DNA of 36,528 nt, taken from the NCBI GenBank assembly GCA_031421095.1, contig JANONZ010000283.1, positions 1-36,528 of the forward strand. The letters run 5' to 3'. The notes under the pieces are model-generated. The model ran no database searches. It was not told the DNA's origin and saw only the letters and a list, made by a program, of their open reading frames with translations. The position numbers and the translations under genes were made by a program. Of this stretch, positions 1 to 9,558 are shown piece after piece. The stretch comes from Thermomicrobiales bacterium. GTDB taxonomy: Bacteria; Chloroflexota; Limnocylindria; Limnocylindrales; CSP1-4. Numbering within the stretch: the stretch's first letter is position 1; each line of letters opens with the position of its first letter.

Positions 1-130
1 GCCCGGCGACAACGTCGAGATGAGCGTCGAGCTCATCACCCCGATCGCCATCGAAGTCGGCCAGCGCTTCGCCATCCGCGAGGGTGGCCGGACCGTCGGC
101 GCCGGCGCCATCGTCAGCATCGTCGGGTAG
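1..130 (+). CDS. tuf: Elongation factor Tu, C-terminal fragment (5' end outside window)
   Basis: Frame starting at nt 2 reads [42 protein letters not shown] then TAG at 128-130. This is a typical EF-Tu domain III C-terminus, and it sits directly upstream of rpsJ. Confidence 0.9.
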   Translation, partial: PGDNVEMSVELITPIAIEVGQRFAIREGGRTVGAGAIVSIVG

Positions 131-136
131 GGCGAG

Positions 137-445
137 ATGGCGAAGCAGCGGATCAGGATCCGCCTCAAGGCCTATGACCACCGACTGCTGGACCAGTCGG
201 CGGCTCAGATCGTGGAGACGGCCCAGCGGACAGGCGCCGACGTTGTCGGACCCGTCCCGCTCCCGACCCGGATCGAGAAGTTCACCGTCCTGCGTTCTCC
301 GTTCATCGACAAGGACAGCCGAGAGCAGTTCGAGATCCGCACGCACAAGCGGCTCGTCGACATCCTCGACCCCTCGTCCAAGACGGTGGACGCCCTGATG
401 CGACTCTCGCTGGCAGCGGGCGTCGACATCGAGATCAAGATGTGA
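137..445 (+). CDS. rpsJ: 30S ribosomal protein S10
   Basis: 102 aa. [21 protein letters not shown]...[32 protein letters not shown] is the canonical S10 sequence. First gene of the S10 operon. Confidence 0.97.
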   Translation: MAKQRIRIRLKAYDHRLLDQSAAQIVETAQRTGADVVGPVPLPTRIEKFTVLRSPFIDKDSREQFEIRTHKRLVDILDPSSKTVDALMRLSLAAGVDIEIKM

Positions 446-452
446 CGGTGCG

Positions 453-1064
453 ATGAGTATCGGATTGATCGGCCGCAAGGTCGGCATGACCCAGGTCTTC
501 CAGGACGACGGCACGATGGTGGCCGTCTCGGTCCTGTCCATCGAGCCCAACACGGTGACGCGCCTGCGCACGCCTGAGCGGGATGGCTATACCGCCGTGC
601 AGATCGGGTCCGAAGTGTCCAAGAAGCTCAACAAGCCGGACACCGGTCAGCTCAAGGACCTGCCCAAGGTCGCGACCATCCGAGAGTTCCGGGTCGACAG
701 CGTGGATGATCTGACCGTCGGCCAGACCATCGCACTGGCCGACATGTTCGCTGCGGGGGATCTGGTCGATGTGACCGGTATCTCAAAGGGCAAGGGCTTC
801 GCCGGCCACATCAAGCGCCACAACTTCCACCGCGGCCCCACGACCCACGGTTCCGACCACCACCGGGCCCCCGGTTCGATCGGCCCGGGCACCACGCCCG
901 GCCGTGTCTACCGCGGGATGAAGATGGCCGGCCATATGGGCGACGAGCGGGTGACCATCAAGAAGGTCCGCGTGGTGCGGGCGGATCTGGATCGCAATCT
1001 GCTGCTGGTCAAGGGGAGTCTCCCCGGTGCTCGTGGTGGGCTGATCCTTGTGAAGAAGGCCTGA
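453..1064 (+). CDS. rplC: 50S ribosomal protein L3
   Basis: 203 aa. Contains [13 protein letters not shown] and [20 protein letters not shown] motifs. Operon position after rpsJ. Confidence 0.97.
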   Translation: MSIGLIGRKVGMTQVFQDDGTMVAVSVLSIEPNTVTRLRTPERDGYTAVQIGSEVSKKLNKPDTGQLKDLPKVATIREFRVDSVDDLTVGQTIALADMFAAGDLVDVTGISKGKGFAGHIKRHNFHRGPTTHGSDHHRAPGSIGPGTTPGRVYRGMKMAGHMGDERVTIKKVRVVRADLDRNLLLVKGSLPGARGGLILVKKA

Positions 1065-1067
1065 GCG

Positions 1068-1691
1068 ATGCCGCAGATCGATGTCTATGACAAGACCGGC
1101 AAGACGGTCGGCAGCGTGGAACTCAGCGACGTGCTGTTTGCCGCGCCGATCAACACCGCCGTCCTCCACCAGGTCGTCACCGCCCAGCTCGCCGCACGGC
1201 GAACGGGCACACACGACACCAAGACCCGTGGCGAAGTCCGCGGCGGTGGCAAGAAACCGTACCGCCAGAAGGGAACCGGCCGCGCTCGTCAGGGCACGGT
1301 CAGTGCTCCGCACTACCGCGGCGGCGGTGTGGTGTTCGGACCGCATCCGCGGTCGTACGAACAGCGCCTGCCGCGCAAGATGAAGCGCCTTGCCCTGCGC
1401 GGCGCACTGACCGCCAAACTGGGTGACGAAGCCATCAAGATCATCGATACGTTCGGCCTCGACGCGATCCGGACCAAAGATCTTGTCGTCGTGTTGAACG
1501 CCCTGCAGGCGACCGGTCGCGTGCTCGTCGTCGCCCCCTCGCGTGACGAGAAGCTGGAACTGTCGGCCCGCAACCTGCCGACCGTCGAGATCATCCTGGC
1601 CGACTCGCTGAATGTGGTCGACCTCCTCAAGGCAGACGTGGTCCTGATCGAGCAGCCGTCCCTGGCCCGCATGCAGGAGGTCTACGCGTGA
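1068..1691 (+). CDS. rplD: 50S ribosomal protein L4
   Basis: 207 aa. KTRGEVRGGGKKPYRQKGTGRARQGT motif; operon order. Confidence 0.96.
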   Translation: MPQIDVYDKTGKTVGSVELSDVLFAAPINTAVLHQVVTAQLAARRTGTHDTKTRGEVRGGGKKPYRQKGTGRARQGTVSAPHYRGGGVVFGPHPRSYEQRLPRKMKRLALRGALTAKLGDEAIKIIDTFGLDAIRTKDLVVVLNALQATGRVLVVAPSRDEKLELSARNLPTVEIILADSLNVVDLLKADVVLIEQPSLARMQEVYA

Positions 1692-2002
1692 GCGCCCTGA
1701 CTGCACCCGAGATCATCCTCCGACCGGTCATCAGCGAGAAGTCGATCGATGAGTCGAGTCGTGGCAAGTACACCTTCGCCGTCCACGACAGGGCCAACAA
1801 GATCCAGATCAAGGCGGCCGTCGAGGAGCTCTACAAGAAGGAGAACGTGACCGTCATCGCGGTCAACGTCCTGACGACGAAGCCCAAGGAGAAGCGCCGC
1901 GGCAATCGCCGCGGGCAGACCATCGGCCACACTACGCCGTGGCGCAAGGCGATCGTGACGCTGGCCCCTGGCCAGAAGATCGAGTTCTTCGAGGGGGTCT
2001 GA
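1688..2002 (+). CDS. rplW: 50S ribosomal protein L23
   Basis: 104 aa. ILRPVISEKS...YTFAVHDRANKIQIKAAVEELY. GTGA overlap with the rplD stop. Confidence 0.95.
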   Translation: MSALTAPEIILRPVISEKSIDESSRGKYTFAVHDRANKIQIKAAVEELYKKENVTVIAVNVLTTKPKEKRRGNRRGQTIGHTTPWRKAIVTLAPGQKIEFFEGV

Positions 2003-2005
2003 CCG

Positions 2006-2833
2006 ATGCCGCTTCGCAGCTACAAGGCCACTTCACCGGGACTCCGGCAGATGACTCGCTCGACCTTCGAGGAGATCACCACCAAGGAGCCGCACAAGCC
2101 CCTGCTCGAACCACAGATCCGTGGCTCCGGGCGCAACAACGCCGGTCGGCTGACCGTTCGTCACCGCGGTGGTGGCGAGAAGCAGCACTACCGCCGGATC
2201 GACTTCAAGCGTGACAAGGTGGGCGTGCCGGCCCGTCTGGCCACCATCGAGTACGACCCGAACCGCTCGGCCCGCATCGGGCTGCTGCACTACCGGGACG
2301 GCGAGAAGCGCTACATGCTCCTGCCCCACGGCCTGAAGGTCGGTGACATCGTCGTCGCCGGTTCGGAGGCCGAGGCGCGCATCGGTAACGCGCTGCCGCT
2401 CGCCAACATCCCGTTGGGCACGACCATCCACAATATCGAGTTGGTGCCCGGCAAGGGCGGCCAGATCGTCCGCTCGGCTGGCGTCTCGGCGCAGCTGCTG
2501 GCGAAGGAAGGTGACTACGCCACCGTCCGACTTCCGTCGGGCGAGATGCGTCGCGTCCCCCTCCGCTGCATGGCCACCGTGGGCCAGGTCAGCAACCTCG
2601 ACCACGAGAACCAGAACCTCGGCAAGGCCGGTCGCGCCCGGCACATGGGCCAGCGGCCCGAGGTCCGAGGCGTTGTCATGAATCCGCGTGACCATCCGCA
2701 TGGCGGTGGTGAGGGCAAGTCCCCGACCGGGATGCCGCCCAAGACCCCGTGGGGCAAGCCCGCGATGGGCTACCGCACCCGGCGGTCCAAGACGACCGGA
2801 CGGCTGATCGTCCGATCGCGGCATCGCAAGTAG
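2006..2833 (+). CDS. rplB: 50S ribosomal protein L2
   Basis: 275 aa. [34 protein letters not shown] and [13 protein letters not shown] motifs. Confidence 0.98.
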   Translation: MPLRSYKATSPGLRQMTRSTFEEITTKEPHKPLLEPQIRGSGRNNAGRLTVRHRGGGEKQHYRRIDFKRDKVGVPARLATIEYDPNRSARIGLLHYRDGEKRYMLLPHGLKVGDIVVAGSEAEARIGNALPLANIPLGTTIHNIELVPGKGGQIVRSAGVSAQLLAKEGDYATVRLPSGEMRRVPLRCMATVGQVSNLDHENQNLGKAGRARHMGQRPEVRGVVMNPRDHPHGGGEGKSPTGMPPKTPWGKPAMGYRTRRSKTTGRLIVRSRHRK

Positions 2834-2850
2834 CCGGGAGGTAGGAGTCG

Positions 2851-3135
2851 ATGTCTCGTTCAATCAAGAAAGGCCCGTTCGTCGAGGCCCGTCTCCTCGG
2901 TCGCATCGAGGACATGAACAAACGCAGCGAGAAGAAGGTCGTCAAGTCGTGGTCCCGTGCGTCGGTCATCTTCCCGACGTTCATCGGTCACACGATCGCG
3001 GTCTACAACGGCAAGAAGCACATCCCGGTCTACGTGACCGAGAACATGGTCGGCCATCGGCTTGGTGAGTTCAGCCCCACCCGCAACTATCGCGGGCACG
3101 GCAAGCACACCGACCGGTCGACAGCGCTGAAGTAG
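2851..3135 (+). CDS. rpsS: 30S ribosomal protein S19
   Basis: 94 aa. [11 protein letters not shown]...[33 protein letters not shown]. Confidence 0.97.
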   Translation: MSRSIKKGPFVEARLLGRIEDMNKRSEKKVVKSWSRASVIFPTFIGHTIAVYNGKKHIPVYVTENMVGHRLGEFSPTRNYRGHGKHTDRSTALK

Positions 3136-3144
3136 AGGCCGACC

Positions 3145-3483
3145 GTGCGCGTATCTGCCACCGCCAAGTATCTCCGAGCTTCGACCCGCAAGACTCGCCT
3201 GGTGACCCAGGCGATCAAGGGCAAGCCGGTCGAAGAGGCCGCCGCCATCCTGCGGTTCATGCCGCAGAAGGCCGCTGCCGATGTTGCCCGCGTCCTCAAG
3301 AGCGCGACGGCCAACGCGGAGAACAACCACAACCTGTCCGCCGAGGATCTGACGATCGTGGATGCCATCGCCAATGAGGGCCCGACGATCAAGCGCTTCC
3401 AGCCGAGGGCCCAGGGTCGGGCATTCGCCATCCACAAGCCAATGACCCACATCACGATCGTCGTCGCGGACCAGGAGGCCTGA
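3145..3483 (+). CDS. rplV: 50S ribosomal protein L22
   Basis: 112 aa, GTG start. [12 protein letters not shown]...[12 protein letters not shown]...AENNHNL...[16 protein letters not shown]. Confidence 0.95.
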   Translation: MRVSATAKYLRASTRKTRLVTQAIKGKPVEEAAAILRFMPQKAAADVARVLKSATANAENNHNLSAEDLTIVDAIANEGPTIKRFQPRAQGRAFAIHKPMTHITIVVADQEA

Positions 3484-3484
3484 C

Positions 3485-4165
3485 ATGGGACATAAGGTCC
3501 ATCCGTACGGCTTCCGTCTGGGTGTTTCGCGCACCTGGACCGCGAAGTGGTACGCCGATAACAAGGAATACACGGCCTCCCTCCAGGAGGACATCAAGAT
3601 CCGCGCCCTCATCGACAAACGGCTGGCCAACGCCAGCGTGAGTGGCGTCGAGATCGAGCGCGGCATCAATCATGTGACGGTCACCATCCACACCGCCAAG
3701 CCGGGCATCGTCATCGGCAAGGGGGGCGCCAACGTGGAGGTCCTTCGCCAGCAGATCGGCGTGCTGACCACTCGCAAGGTCAAGCTGGAGATCAAGGAGA
3801 TCCGCCAGCCGGAGCTTGACGCCTATCTCGTGGCGATGAACATCGCCGGTCAGCTCAGCCGCCGCATCGCCTTCAAGAAGGCGATGAAGCAGGCCATCCA
3901 GCGGTCCATGAAGGCGGGCGCCAAGGGTGTCAAGATCGCCGTCGCGGGGCGCCTCGGTGGTTCCGAGATGGGCCGTCGGGAATGGGACAAGGAAGGCCGC
4001 ATCCCGCTCGGCACGCTCCGTGCCGACATCAGCTACGGCCAGGTCCACGCCCACACGACCTATGGCCGCATCGGAGTCAAGGTCTGGATCTACCGTGGCG
4101 ACATCACGCCGGAGCGCGCCGCGCGCGACGCCGGCGTTCCGGCCCAGGCCGGGACGGGGGTCTGA
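3485..4165 (+). CDS. rpsC: 30S ribosomal protein S3
   Basis: 226 aa. [14 protein letters not shown]...W.AKWYA, KH-domain GKGG and [12 protein letters not shown] motifs. Confidence 0.97.
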   Translation: MGHKVHPYGFRLGVSRTWTAKWYADNKEYTASLQEDIKIRALIDKRLANASVSGVEIERGINHVTVTIHTAKPGIVIGKGGANVEVLRQQIGVLTTRKVKLEIKEIRQPELDAYLVAMNIAGQLSRRIAFKKAMKQAIQRSMKAGAKGVKIAVAGRLGGSEMGRREWDKEGRIPLGTLRADISYGQVHAHTTYGRIGVKVWIYRGDITPERAARDAGVPAQAGTGV

Positions 4166-4168
4166 CCG

Positions 4169-4594
4169 ATGTTGATGCCCAAGCGGGTCAAGCACCGCAA
4201 GGTCATGCGCGGCCGGATGTCCGGTATGGCCAAGGGTGGCCACACGGTCGCCTTCGGCGAGTACGGTCTGGCCACTCAGGAACCGGCCTGGATCACCAGC
4301 CGTCAGATCGAGGCCGCGCGACGCGCCATGACCCGATCGGTCAAGCGCGGCGGCAAGATCTGGATCCGGATCTTCCCGGACAAGCCCGCGACCAAGAAGC
4401 CGGCCGAAACGCGGATGGGTTCCGGCAAGGGCGCTCCGGACCATTGGGTCGCGGTCGTCAAGCCTGGTCGCATCCTGTTCGAGATGGCTGGCGTGGACCA
4501 CGAGTCGGCGGTCGAGGCCATGCGTCTGGCCAGTCACAAGCTGCCGGTCGCCACACGGGTCGTCGTCCGTGAGTCGGCGAAGGAGGCGAGCTGA
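4169..4594 (+). CDS. rplP: 50S ribosomal protein L16
   Basis: 141 aa. [21 protein letters not shown] and [21 protein letters not shown] motifs. Confidence 0.97.
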   Translation: MLMPKRVKHRKVMRGRMSGMAKGGHTVAFGEYGLATQEPAWITSRQIEAARRAMTRSVKRGGKIWIRIFPDKPATKKPAETRMGSGKGAPDHWVAVVKPGRILFEMAGVDHESAVEAMRLASHKLPVATRVVVRESAKEAS

Positions 4595-4794
4595 TGGATA
4601 TCGAGAAGGTTCGCCAACTATCGGATCCGGAGCTCGAGGCCGCCCTGCGGGAAGCCAAGCAGGACCTGTGGGGAGCGCGCTTTGCGCTGTCGACCCGTCA
4701 ATTGAAGGACTACAGCACGATCCCGCAGACGCGGCGAACGATCGCGCGGATCCTGACCGTCCAGCGCGAGCGCACGCTCGGCCGGCCGGCGTGA
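4594..4794 (+). CDS. rpmC: 50S ribosomal protein L29
   Basis: 66 aa. [31 protein letters not shown]...[15 protein letters not shown] 1-nt overlap with rplP. Confidence 0.93.
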   Translation: MDIEKVRQLSDPELEAALREAKQDLWGARFALSTRQLKDYSTIPQTRRTIARILTVQRERTLGRPA

Positions 4795-4807
4795 GGGAGA
4801 TCACGCG

Positions 4808-5212
4808 ATGACAGGAGCAGACACCCAGGTGCAAAGCAAGCGGAAGACCAAGGTCGGCCGCGTCGTGAGCGACCGGATGGACAAGACGATCGTCGTGTCC
4901 GTCGAGCGCCTGGCGCGCCATCCACTCTACAAGCGGGTCATCCGCTTGAGCACGAAGTTCAAGGCCCATGACGAAGCCAACGAGGCTCGTATCGGCGACA
5001 CGGTCCTCATCGAGGAGTCGCGCCCGCTGTCGGCCACGAAGCGCTGGCGCTTGGTGTCCGTCGTCCAGCGCGTCGGTGACCACGCCCTGCCGGGCGAGGT
5101 CGTGGCCGACGAGTCCGCCACGACCGAGGCGATCCATTCGGCCGCCCATCCGGGTCGCTCGCATGGCACCGATGACGACGCGGCGCCGGCCGGTGAGGAG
5201 ACTGCCTCATGA
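4808..5212 (+). CDS. rpsQ: 30S ribosomal protein S17 with a 45-aa acidic C-terminal extension
   Basis: The first ~89 aa are canonical S17 ([42 protein letters not shown]...[18 protein letters not shown]). The ORF then continues with no stop to 5212 and overlaps rplN by ATGA. Confidence 0.92.
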   Translation: MTGADTQVQSKRKTKVGRVVSDRMDKTIVVSVERLARHPLYKRVIRLSTKFKAHDEANEARIGDTVLIEESRPLSATKRWRLVSVVQRVGDHALPGEVVADESATTEAIHSAAHPGRSHGTDDDAAPAGEETAS

Positions 5213-5577
5213 TCCAGTCCCAGACCCGTTTGAAGGTCGCCGACAACACCGGCGCCCGGATGATCCAGTGCATCCGGGTGATCGGTCGCTCGCTCAAGAC
5301 CGAAGCCGGCGTTGGCGATGTCATCATCGCCAGCGTCAAGCAGGCCATCCCCAATGCCGCGGTCAAGAAGGGTGACGTCGTCCGTGCGGTCGTCGTGCGG
5401 ACGGCCAAGGAGTACGGCCGGCCCGATGGCAGCTATATCCGCTTCGACGAGAACGCGGCGGTCCTGATCAACAACCAGGGCAACCCGCGTGGCACGCGCA
5501 TCTTCGGCCCGGTCGCTCGCGAACTTCGCGATCGGAACTACATGAAGATCGTGTCGCTCGCCCCGGAGGTGCTGTGA
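5209..5577 (+). CDS. rplN: 50S ribosomal protein L14
   Basis: 122 aa. [22 protein letters not shown]...[29 protein letters not shown]. Confidence 0.98.
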   Translation: MIQSQTRLKVADNTGARMIQCIRVIGRSLKTEAGVGDVIIASVKQAIPNAAVKKGDVVRAVVVRTAKEYGRPDGSYIRFDENAAVLINNQGNPRGTRIFGPVARELRDRNYMKIVSLAPEVL

Positions 5578-6017
5578 TGGCCGTCCGGATCGTGCCGCCG
5601 CGCAGCCCCAAGGTGCCCGAGATCCGCAAGGGCGACACCATCGTCGTTCTCGCGGGCAAGGACGCCGGCAAGCGCGGGACGGTCGAGCGGGTCATCCGCC
5701 GCCGACCCGCTCCCAGCGCAGCGCGCAGCGTCTTCCGACGCGGCTCGTCGGCCGGCGGTGTGAGCGTCGTCGTCGAGGGCCTGAACATCGCCAAGCGCCA
5801 TACCAAGCCGCGTCAGTCGACCGGCGCCAACGATCGGGTTCCAAAGATGCAGCAGGGCGGCATCCTGGAGATCGCTCAGCCGCTGCCGGTCAGTCGGGTC
5901 ATGGTGGTTTGCCCAGCCTGTCAAAAGCCGACTCGTATCGCACATGCGACGCTCGAAACCGGACGCCGCGTCCGCGTCTGCCGGCATTGCAGCCAGCAGC
6001 TGCAGGTGACAGCGTGA
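5574..6017 (+). CDS. rplX: 50S ribosomal protein L24 (Cys4 variant with an internal insertion)
   Basis: 147 aa. KOW motif [21 protein letters not shown], then [15 protein letters not shown] and [24 protein letters not shown] 5574 or ATG 5577 are both possible starts. Operon position between rplN and rplE. Confidence 0.93.
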   Translation: MMAVRIVPPRSPKVPEIRKGDTIVVLAGKDAGKRGTVERVIRRRPAPSAARSVFRRGSSAGGVSVVVEGLNIAKRHTKPRQSTGANDRVPKMQQGGILEIAQPLPVSRVMVVCPACQKPTRIAHATLETGRRVRVCRHCSQQLQVTA

Positions 6018-6556
6018 CCAGCCGACTCCAGACACGGTACGTCGGCGAGATCGCGCCGGCGCTCCAGAAGCAGTTCGAGTACGCCAATCCCATGCAGGTG
6101 CCCCGGCTCACGAAGATCGTCATCAATGTCGGGCTCGGCGAGGCGCTGACGAACGCAAAGGCGCTCGACGCCGCCCTCCGCGACCTGACCATCATCACCG
6201 GCCAGAAGCCTATCGTCACCAAGGCCAAGCGCTCGATCGCCCAGTTCCGCGTTCGGACGGGCAACTCGATCGGGGCCAAGGTGACCCTCCGCGGCGAGCG
6301 GATGTGGGACTTCATGGACCGCTTCACGACGCTCGCCCTGCCGCGCATCCGGGACTTCCGGGGCATCCCCGGCAAGTCGTTCGATGGGCGGGGCAACTAC
6401 ACACTGGGTCTGCGGGAGCAGCTTGCATTCCCGGAGATCGACTACGACAAGGTGGACCGTCTCCGCGGGCTGGAGATCAGCATCGTGACGACGGCGAAGA
6501 CCGACGAGGAATCGAAGAAGCTTCTCGAACTCCTCGGCATGCCCTTCGCCTCGTAG
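6014..6556 (+). CDS. rplE: 50S ribosomal protein L5
   Basis: I place the start at GTG 6014 (GTGA overlap with the rplX stop). This gives ~180 aa beginning [40 protein letters not shown]. The track ORF from 5909 adds out-of-context residues that overlap rplX. Confidence 0.93.
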   Translation: MTSRLQTRYVGEIAPALQKQFEYANPMQVPRLTKIVINVGLGEALTNAKALDAALRDLTIITGQKPIVTKAKRSIAQFRVRTGNSIGAKVTLRGERMWDFMDRFTTLALPRIRDFRGIPGKSFDGRGNYTLGLREQLAFPEIDYDKVDRLRGLEISIVTTAKTDEESKKLLELLGMPFAS

Positions 6557-6574
6557 GCGCGGAGAGGGAGACAA

Positions 6575-6760
6575 ATGGCCAAGAAATCGCTAGTCGTCAA
6601 GGCACGGCGGACCCCGAAGTTCAAGGTGCGCGGGTATCACCGTTGCACCGTGTGCGGACGGCCACGGGCCTTCATCCGACGCTTCGCGCTCTGCCGCATC
6701 TGCTTCCGGGAGCGCGCGCTCCTGGGCGAGCTGCCGGGCGTCACGAAGTCGAGCTGGTAG
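6575..6760 (+). CDS. rpsN: 30S ribosomal protein S14, type Z (zinc-binding short form)
   Basis: 61 aa. [46 protein letters not shown] with CxxC...CxxC. Confidence 0.96.
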   Translation: MAKKSLVVKARRTPKFKVRGYHRCTVCGRPRAFIRRFALCRICFRERALLGELPGVTKSSW

Positions 6761-6767
6761 GAAACCG

Positions 6768-7166
6768 ATGAACATATCCGACCCGATCGCGGACATGCTC
6801 ACGCGCGTCCGGAACGCTTCACGCGCCCGCCACACCGATGTGGTCGTCCCCGCGTCCCGGACCAAGCGTGAGATCGCCCGCATCCTCAAGGCCGAAGGCT
6901 TCATCGCCGAGGTCAGCGAGGAACAGGATGGTCCGACCGCCATCCTGCGTATCACCCTCAAGTACGTCGAAGGCAAGGTCCCGGTCGTCTCGGGCCTCAA
7001 GCGGATCAGCAAGCCCGGCTTGCGTGTCTACGCACGCAAGACGGACATCCCGCGAGTCCTTGGCGGCCTCGGCATCGTCATCGTCAGCACAAGCCAGGGG
7101 ATCATGACCGGCCAGCAGGCGCGTCAAGCGCAGCTGGGCGGCGAAGTCCTCGCGTTCGTCTGGTAG
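6768..7166 (+). CDS. rpsH: 30S ribosomal protein S8
   Basis: 132 aa. [14 protein letters not shown]...ILK.EGFI and [24 protein letters not shown]. Confidence 0.97.
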   Translation: MNISDPIADMLTRVRNASRARHTDVVVPASRTKREIARILKAEGFIAEVSEEQDGPTAILRITLKYVEGKVPVVSGLKRISKPGLRVYARKTDIPRVLGGLGIVIVSTSQGIMTGQQARQAQLGGEVLAFVW

Positions 7167-7176
7167 GCGGGACGAC

Positions 7177-7728
7177 ATGTCGCGAATCGGACGCCTTCCC
7201 ATCCCGGTCCCCTCGACGGTCGACGTGACCATCGACGGCCGGATCGTGACGGTCACGGGCCCCAAGGGTGTCCTGACCCGATCGCTCCACCCGGACATGA
7301 CCGTCAGCCGTGAGGACACCAATCTGGTCGTCACTCGGCCGACCGAACAGAAGACCCACAAGCAGCTCCACGGCCTGACCCGGACTCTCGTGAATAATAT
7401 GGTCGTGGGTGTGACCGACGGCTATCGCAAGGGCCTCGAGATCACCGGTGTCGGTTATCGTGCCGTTCTGGTCGGTCGCAAGCTGACTCTCAACCTGGGC
7501 TACAGCCACCCGATCGAGATCAACCCACCCGAGGGCATCTCGTTCGAAGTGGAGAATCCGACCCGCCTGTCCGTTGTCGGCATCGACAAGGAGCTCGTGG
7601 GTCAGATCGCCGCCAAGGTCCGCGCCACCCGCAAGCCGGAGCCCTACAAGGGCAAGGGCGTGCGCTACGCCGGAGAGGTCATCCGCCGGAAGGCCGGCAA
7701 GGCCGGCAAGATCGGTGGCAAGAAGTAA
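7177..7728 (+). CDS. rplF: 50S ribosomal protein L6
   Basis: 183 aa. [15 protein letters not shown]...R.VTVTGPKG and [12 protein letters not shown]; [14 protein letters not shown]. Confidence 0.96.
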   Translation: MSRIGRLPIPVPSTVDVTIDGRIVTVTGPKGVLTRSLHPDMTVSREDTNLVVTRPTEQKTHKQLHGLTRTLVNNMVVGVTDGYRKGLEITGVGYRAVLVGRKLTLNLGYSHPIEINPPEGISFEVENPTRLSVVGIDKELVGQIAAKVRATRKPEPYKGKGVRYAGEVIRRKAGKAGKIGGKK

Positions 7729-7755
7729 CCCCGTGATGGACAAGGAACGAACACG

Positions 7756-8118
7756 ATGACGCAGGTCGCCTCACGCGGCGCCGCCCGACGCAAGCGCCAC
7801 GAACGGATCCGCCTCCACCTGGCGGGTACGGACGCGCGGCCGCGTCTTGCGGTCTTCCGCAGCCTCAACCATATCTACGCGCAGGTCATCGACGATGCGT
7901 CCGGGCGGACGCTCGCCGCCGCCTCGACCGTCGAGAAGGAGCTGAAGGGCTCCACCTCGACCAAGTCGGCAGAGGCCGCGGTCGTCGGTCGCCTGGTCGC
8001 CGAGCGGGCCAAAGCCGCTGGTGTCGAGCGCGTCGTCTTCGATCGAGCCGGGTTCCGGTACCACGGGCGGATCAAGTCGCTCGCCGATGCCGCCCGCGAA
8101 GCCGGCCTCGAGTTCTGA
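7756..8118 (+). CDS. rplR: 50S ribosomal protein L18
   Basis: 120 aa. RRKRHERIR....[22 protein letters not shown] and [28 protein letters not shown]. Confidence 0.96.
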   Translation: MTQVASRGAARRKRHERIRLHLAGTDARPRLAVFRSLNHIYAQVIDDASGRTLAAASTVEKELKGSTSTKSAEAAVVGRLVAERAKAAGVERVVFDRAGFRYHGRIKSLADAAREAGLEF

Positions 8119-8133
8119 TCGGAAGGAGCCACC

Positions 8134-8673
8134 GTGGCACGGATCGACCCTAACAAGCTTGCGCTCGAGGAGCGCGTCGTCCAGATCAATCGAGTCGCCA
8201 AGGTCGTCAAGGGCGGCCGGCGGTTCAGCTTCAGCGCGGTCGTCGTCGTCGGCGACGGCGCCGGTCACGTCGGCGTCGGGATCGGCAAGGCCGGCGAGGT
8301 GCCGGAGTCGATCCGCAAGGGCGTCGAGGACGCGAAGAAGAACCTCATCAAGATCCCGATGGTCGGGACGACCATCCCCCACGAGGTCCAGGTCGTCTAC
8401 GGCGCCAGCAGCGTCCTCCTGAAGCCTGCCTCGCAGGGCACCGGCGTCATCGCCGGCGGATCCGTCCGGGCCGTCCTCGAGGCGGTCGGCGTCCGCGACA
8501 TCCTGTCCAAGATCCATGGCTCGACCAACCCGGTGAACGTGACCCGGGCGACGATCGAAGCCCTGCGCAGCCTGCATTCGGCCGAAGAGCTCGGCGCCCG
8601 CCGTGGCATCAAGCTGGTCAGCCGTATCGCCGGCCAGCCGGCGCCGGTCGCGGAGGTTCCCAGTGGTCGCTAA
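8134..8673 (+). CDS. rpsE: 30S ribosomal protein S5
   Basis: 179 aa. [48 protein letters not shown]. Confidence 0.97.
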   Translation: MARIDPNKLALEERVVQINRVAKVVKGGRRFSFSAVVVVGDGAGHVGVGIGKAGEVPESIRKGVEDAKKNLIKIPMVGTTIPHEVQVVYGASSVLLKPASQGTGVIAGGSVRAVLEAVGVRDILSKIHGSTNPVNVTRATIEALRSLHSAEELGARRGIKLVSRIAGQPAPVAEVPSGR

Positions 8674-8872
8674 GCTCAAGGTGACTCAGGTGCGAAGCAC
8701 CATCAGCCACATCGCGCGCAATCGGGCCACCGTCCGCGCGCTGGGTCTGCACGGGATCGGCACCTCCCGCACGATCACCGATAACCCGGCAACCCGCGGC
8801 ATGGTCCGTCAGGTGCGATTCCTGGTGACCGTCGAGGAGATCGCCGACACCGATACCGGGGAGAAGGCATGA
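8663..8872 (+). CDS. rpmD: 50S ribosomal protein L30
   Basis: Start placed at GTG 8663, giving [59 protein letters not shown] (L30 pattern). This overlaps the rpsE end by 11 nt. The track ORF start at 8603 is probably too early. The start codon is uncertain. Confidence 0.85.
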   Translation: MVAKLKVTQVRSTISHIARNRATVRALGLHGIGTSRTITDNPATRGMVRQVRFLVTVEEIADTDTGEKA

Positions 8873-9555
8873 AACTCCACGACCTTCAGCCCGCCGTAGG
8901 GTCGCGCAAGGACCGCATCCGGGTCGGCCGCGGCATCGCCGCCGGCAAGGGCAAGACCGCAGGCCGTGGCACGAAGGGCCAGAAGGCCCGCGCCGGCGGC
9001 TCCATCCCGGCCTGGTTCGAAGGCGGCCAGACGCCGCTGCACCAGCGTATCCCCAAGTTGCGGGGCTTCAAGAACCGCTTCAGGATCGAGTACGAGGTCG
9101 TGAACATCGGGGCCATCGGCGCGCTCGCGGAAGCGGGCGCCTTCGAGGTCGAAGCGCCGTCCAAGGGTCGCCTCAAGGCCGGTCCCATCACGATCAACCA
9201 GGACATCCTGCGCGCCACGGGGCTGGTTCGAACCCTCAACAAGCCACTCAAGATCCTGGGCGCCGGCGAGCTGACAGTCCCGCTCTTCGTGGTTGCCGAC
9301 GCCTTCACGGGTTCGGCACGCGCGAAGATCGAGGCAGCCGGCGGCAGTGTCAACGTCCTCGAGGTCCCCACCGGGCATCTGCCTGCGCTTGGCATCGAGA
9401 TCGAAGCACCTGCCGCGCCGGCGAAACGCGCCAAGCCCAGCAAGGTGACCGGGTCGACCGAACCCGATCCCGCCCCGGAGCCAGAGGCCGCTGCCACCGA
9501 CGACGAGCCGACATTGGCCGTCGAAACTGCAACGCCATCCGGCGACGACGTCTAA
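8869..9555 (+). CDS. rplO: 50S ribosomal protein L15 with a ~60-aa Pro/Ala/acidic C-terminal tail
   Basis: [44 protein letters not shown]...[16 protein letters not shown] is canonical L15. Total length is 228 aa against a typical ~145-150. Confidence 0.94.
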   Translation: MKLHDLQPAVGSRKDRIRVGRGIAAGKGKTAGRGTKGQKARAGGSIPAWFEGGQTPLHQRIPKLRGFKNRFRIEYEVVNIGAIGALAEAGAFEVEAPSKGRLKAGPITINQDILRATGLVRTLNKPLKILGAGELTVPLFVVADAFTGSARAKIEAAGGSVNVLEVPTGHLPALGIEIEAPAAPAKRAKPSKVTGSTEPDPAPEPEAAATDDEPTLAVETATPSGDDV

Positions 9556-9558
9556 CCC

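Noticed and set aside
3452-5164. Very long minus-strand ORFs antisense to the ribosomal, cdaR/glmM, alr and other genes. Examples: 3452-5164 (570 aa), 26290-28122 (610 aa), 19771-21255 (494 aa), 783-1706, 2860-3669, 34794-35981.
   Set aside because: Their translations are Arg/Gly/Asp/Pro-rich with no recognisable motifs. Each lies entirely opposite a confidently identified + strand gene. Stop-free antisense frames are the expected artefact of high-GC, GC3-biased coding DNA.
5909-6013. N-terminal extensions offered by the ORF track for rplE (5909), rpmD (8603), truA (15462), rplM (16016), TPR (18108), glmM (21623), nnrD (25389), alr (26377), the 96-aa ORF (28221), tsaE (31302), tsaB (31661), tsaD (33179) and rsmA (34000).
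   Set aside because: In each case the extension overlaps the preceding gene in another frame and translates to low-complexity sequence. An internal ATG/GTG reproduces the canonical family N-terminus, often as an ATGA/GTGA overlap with the upstream stop.
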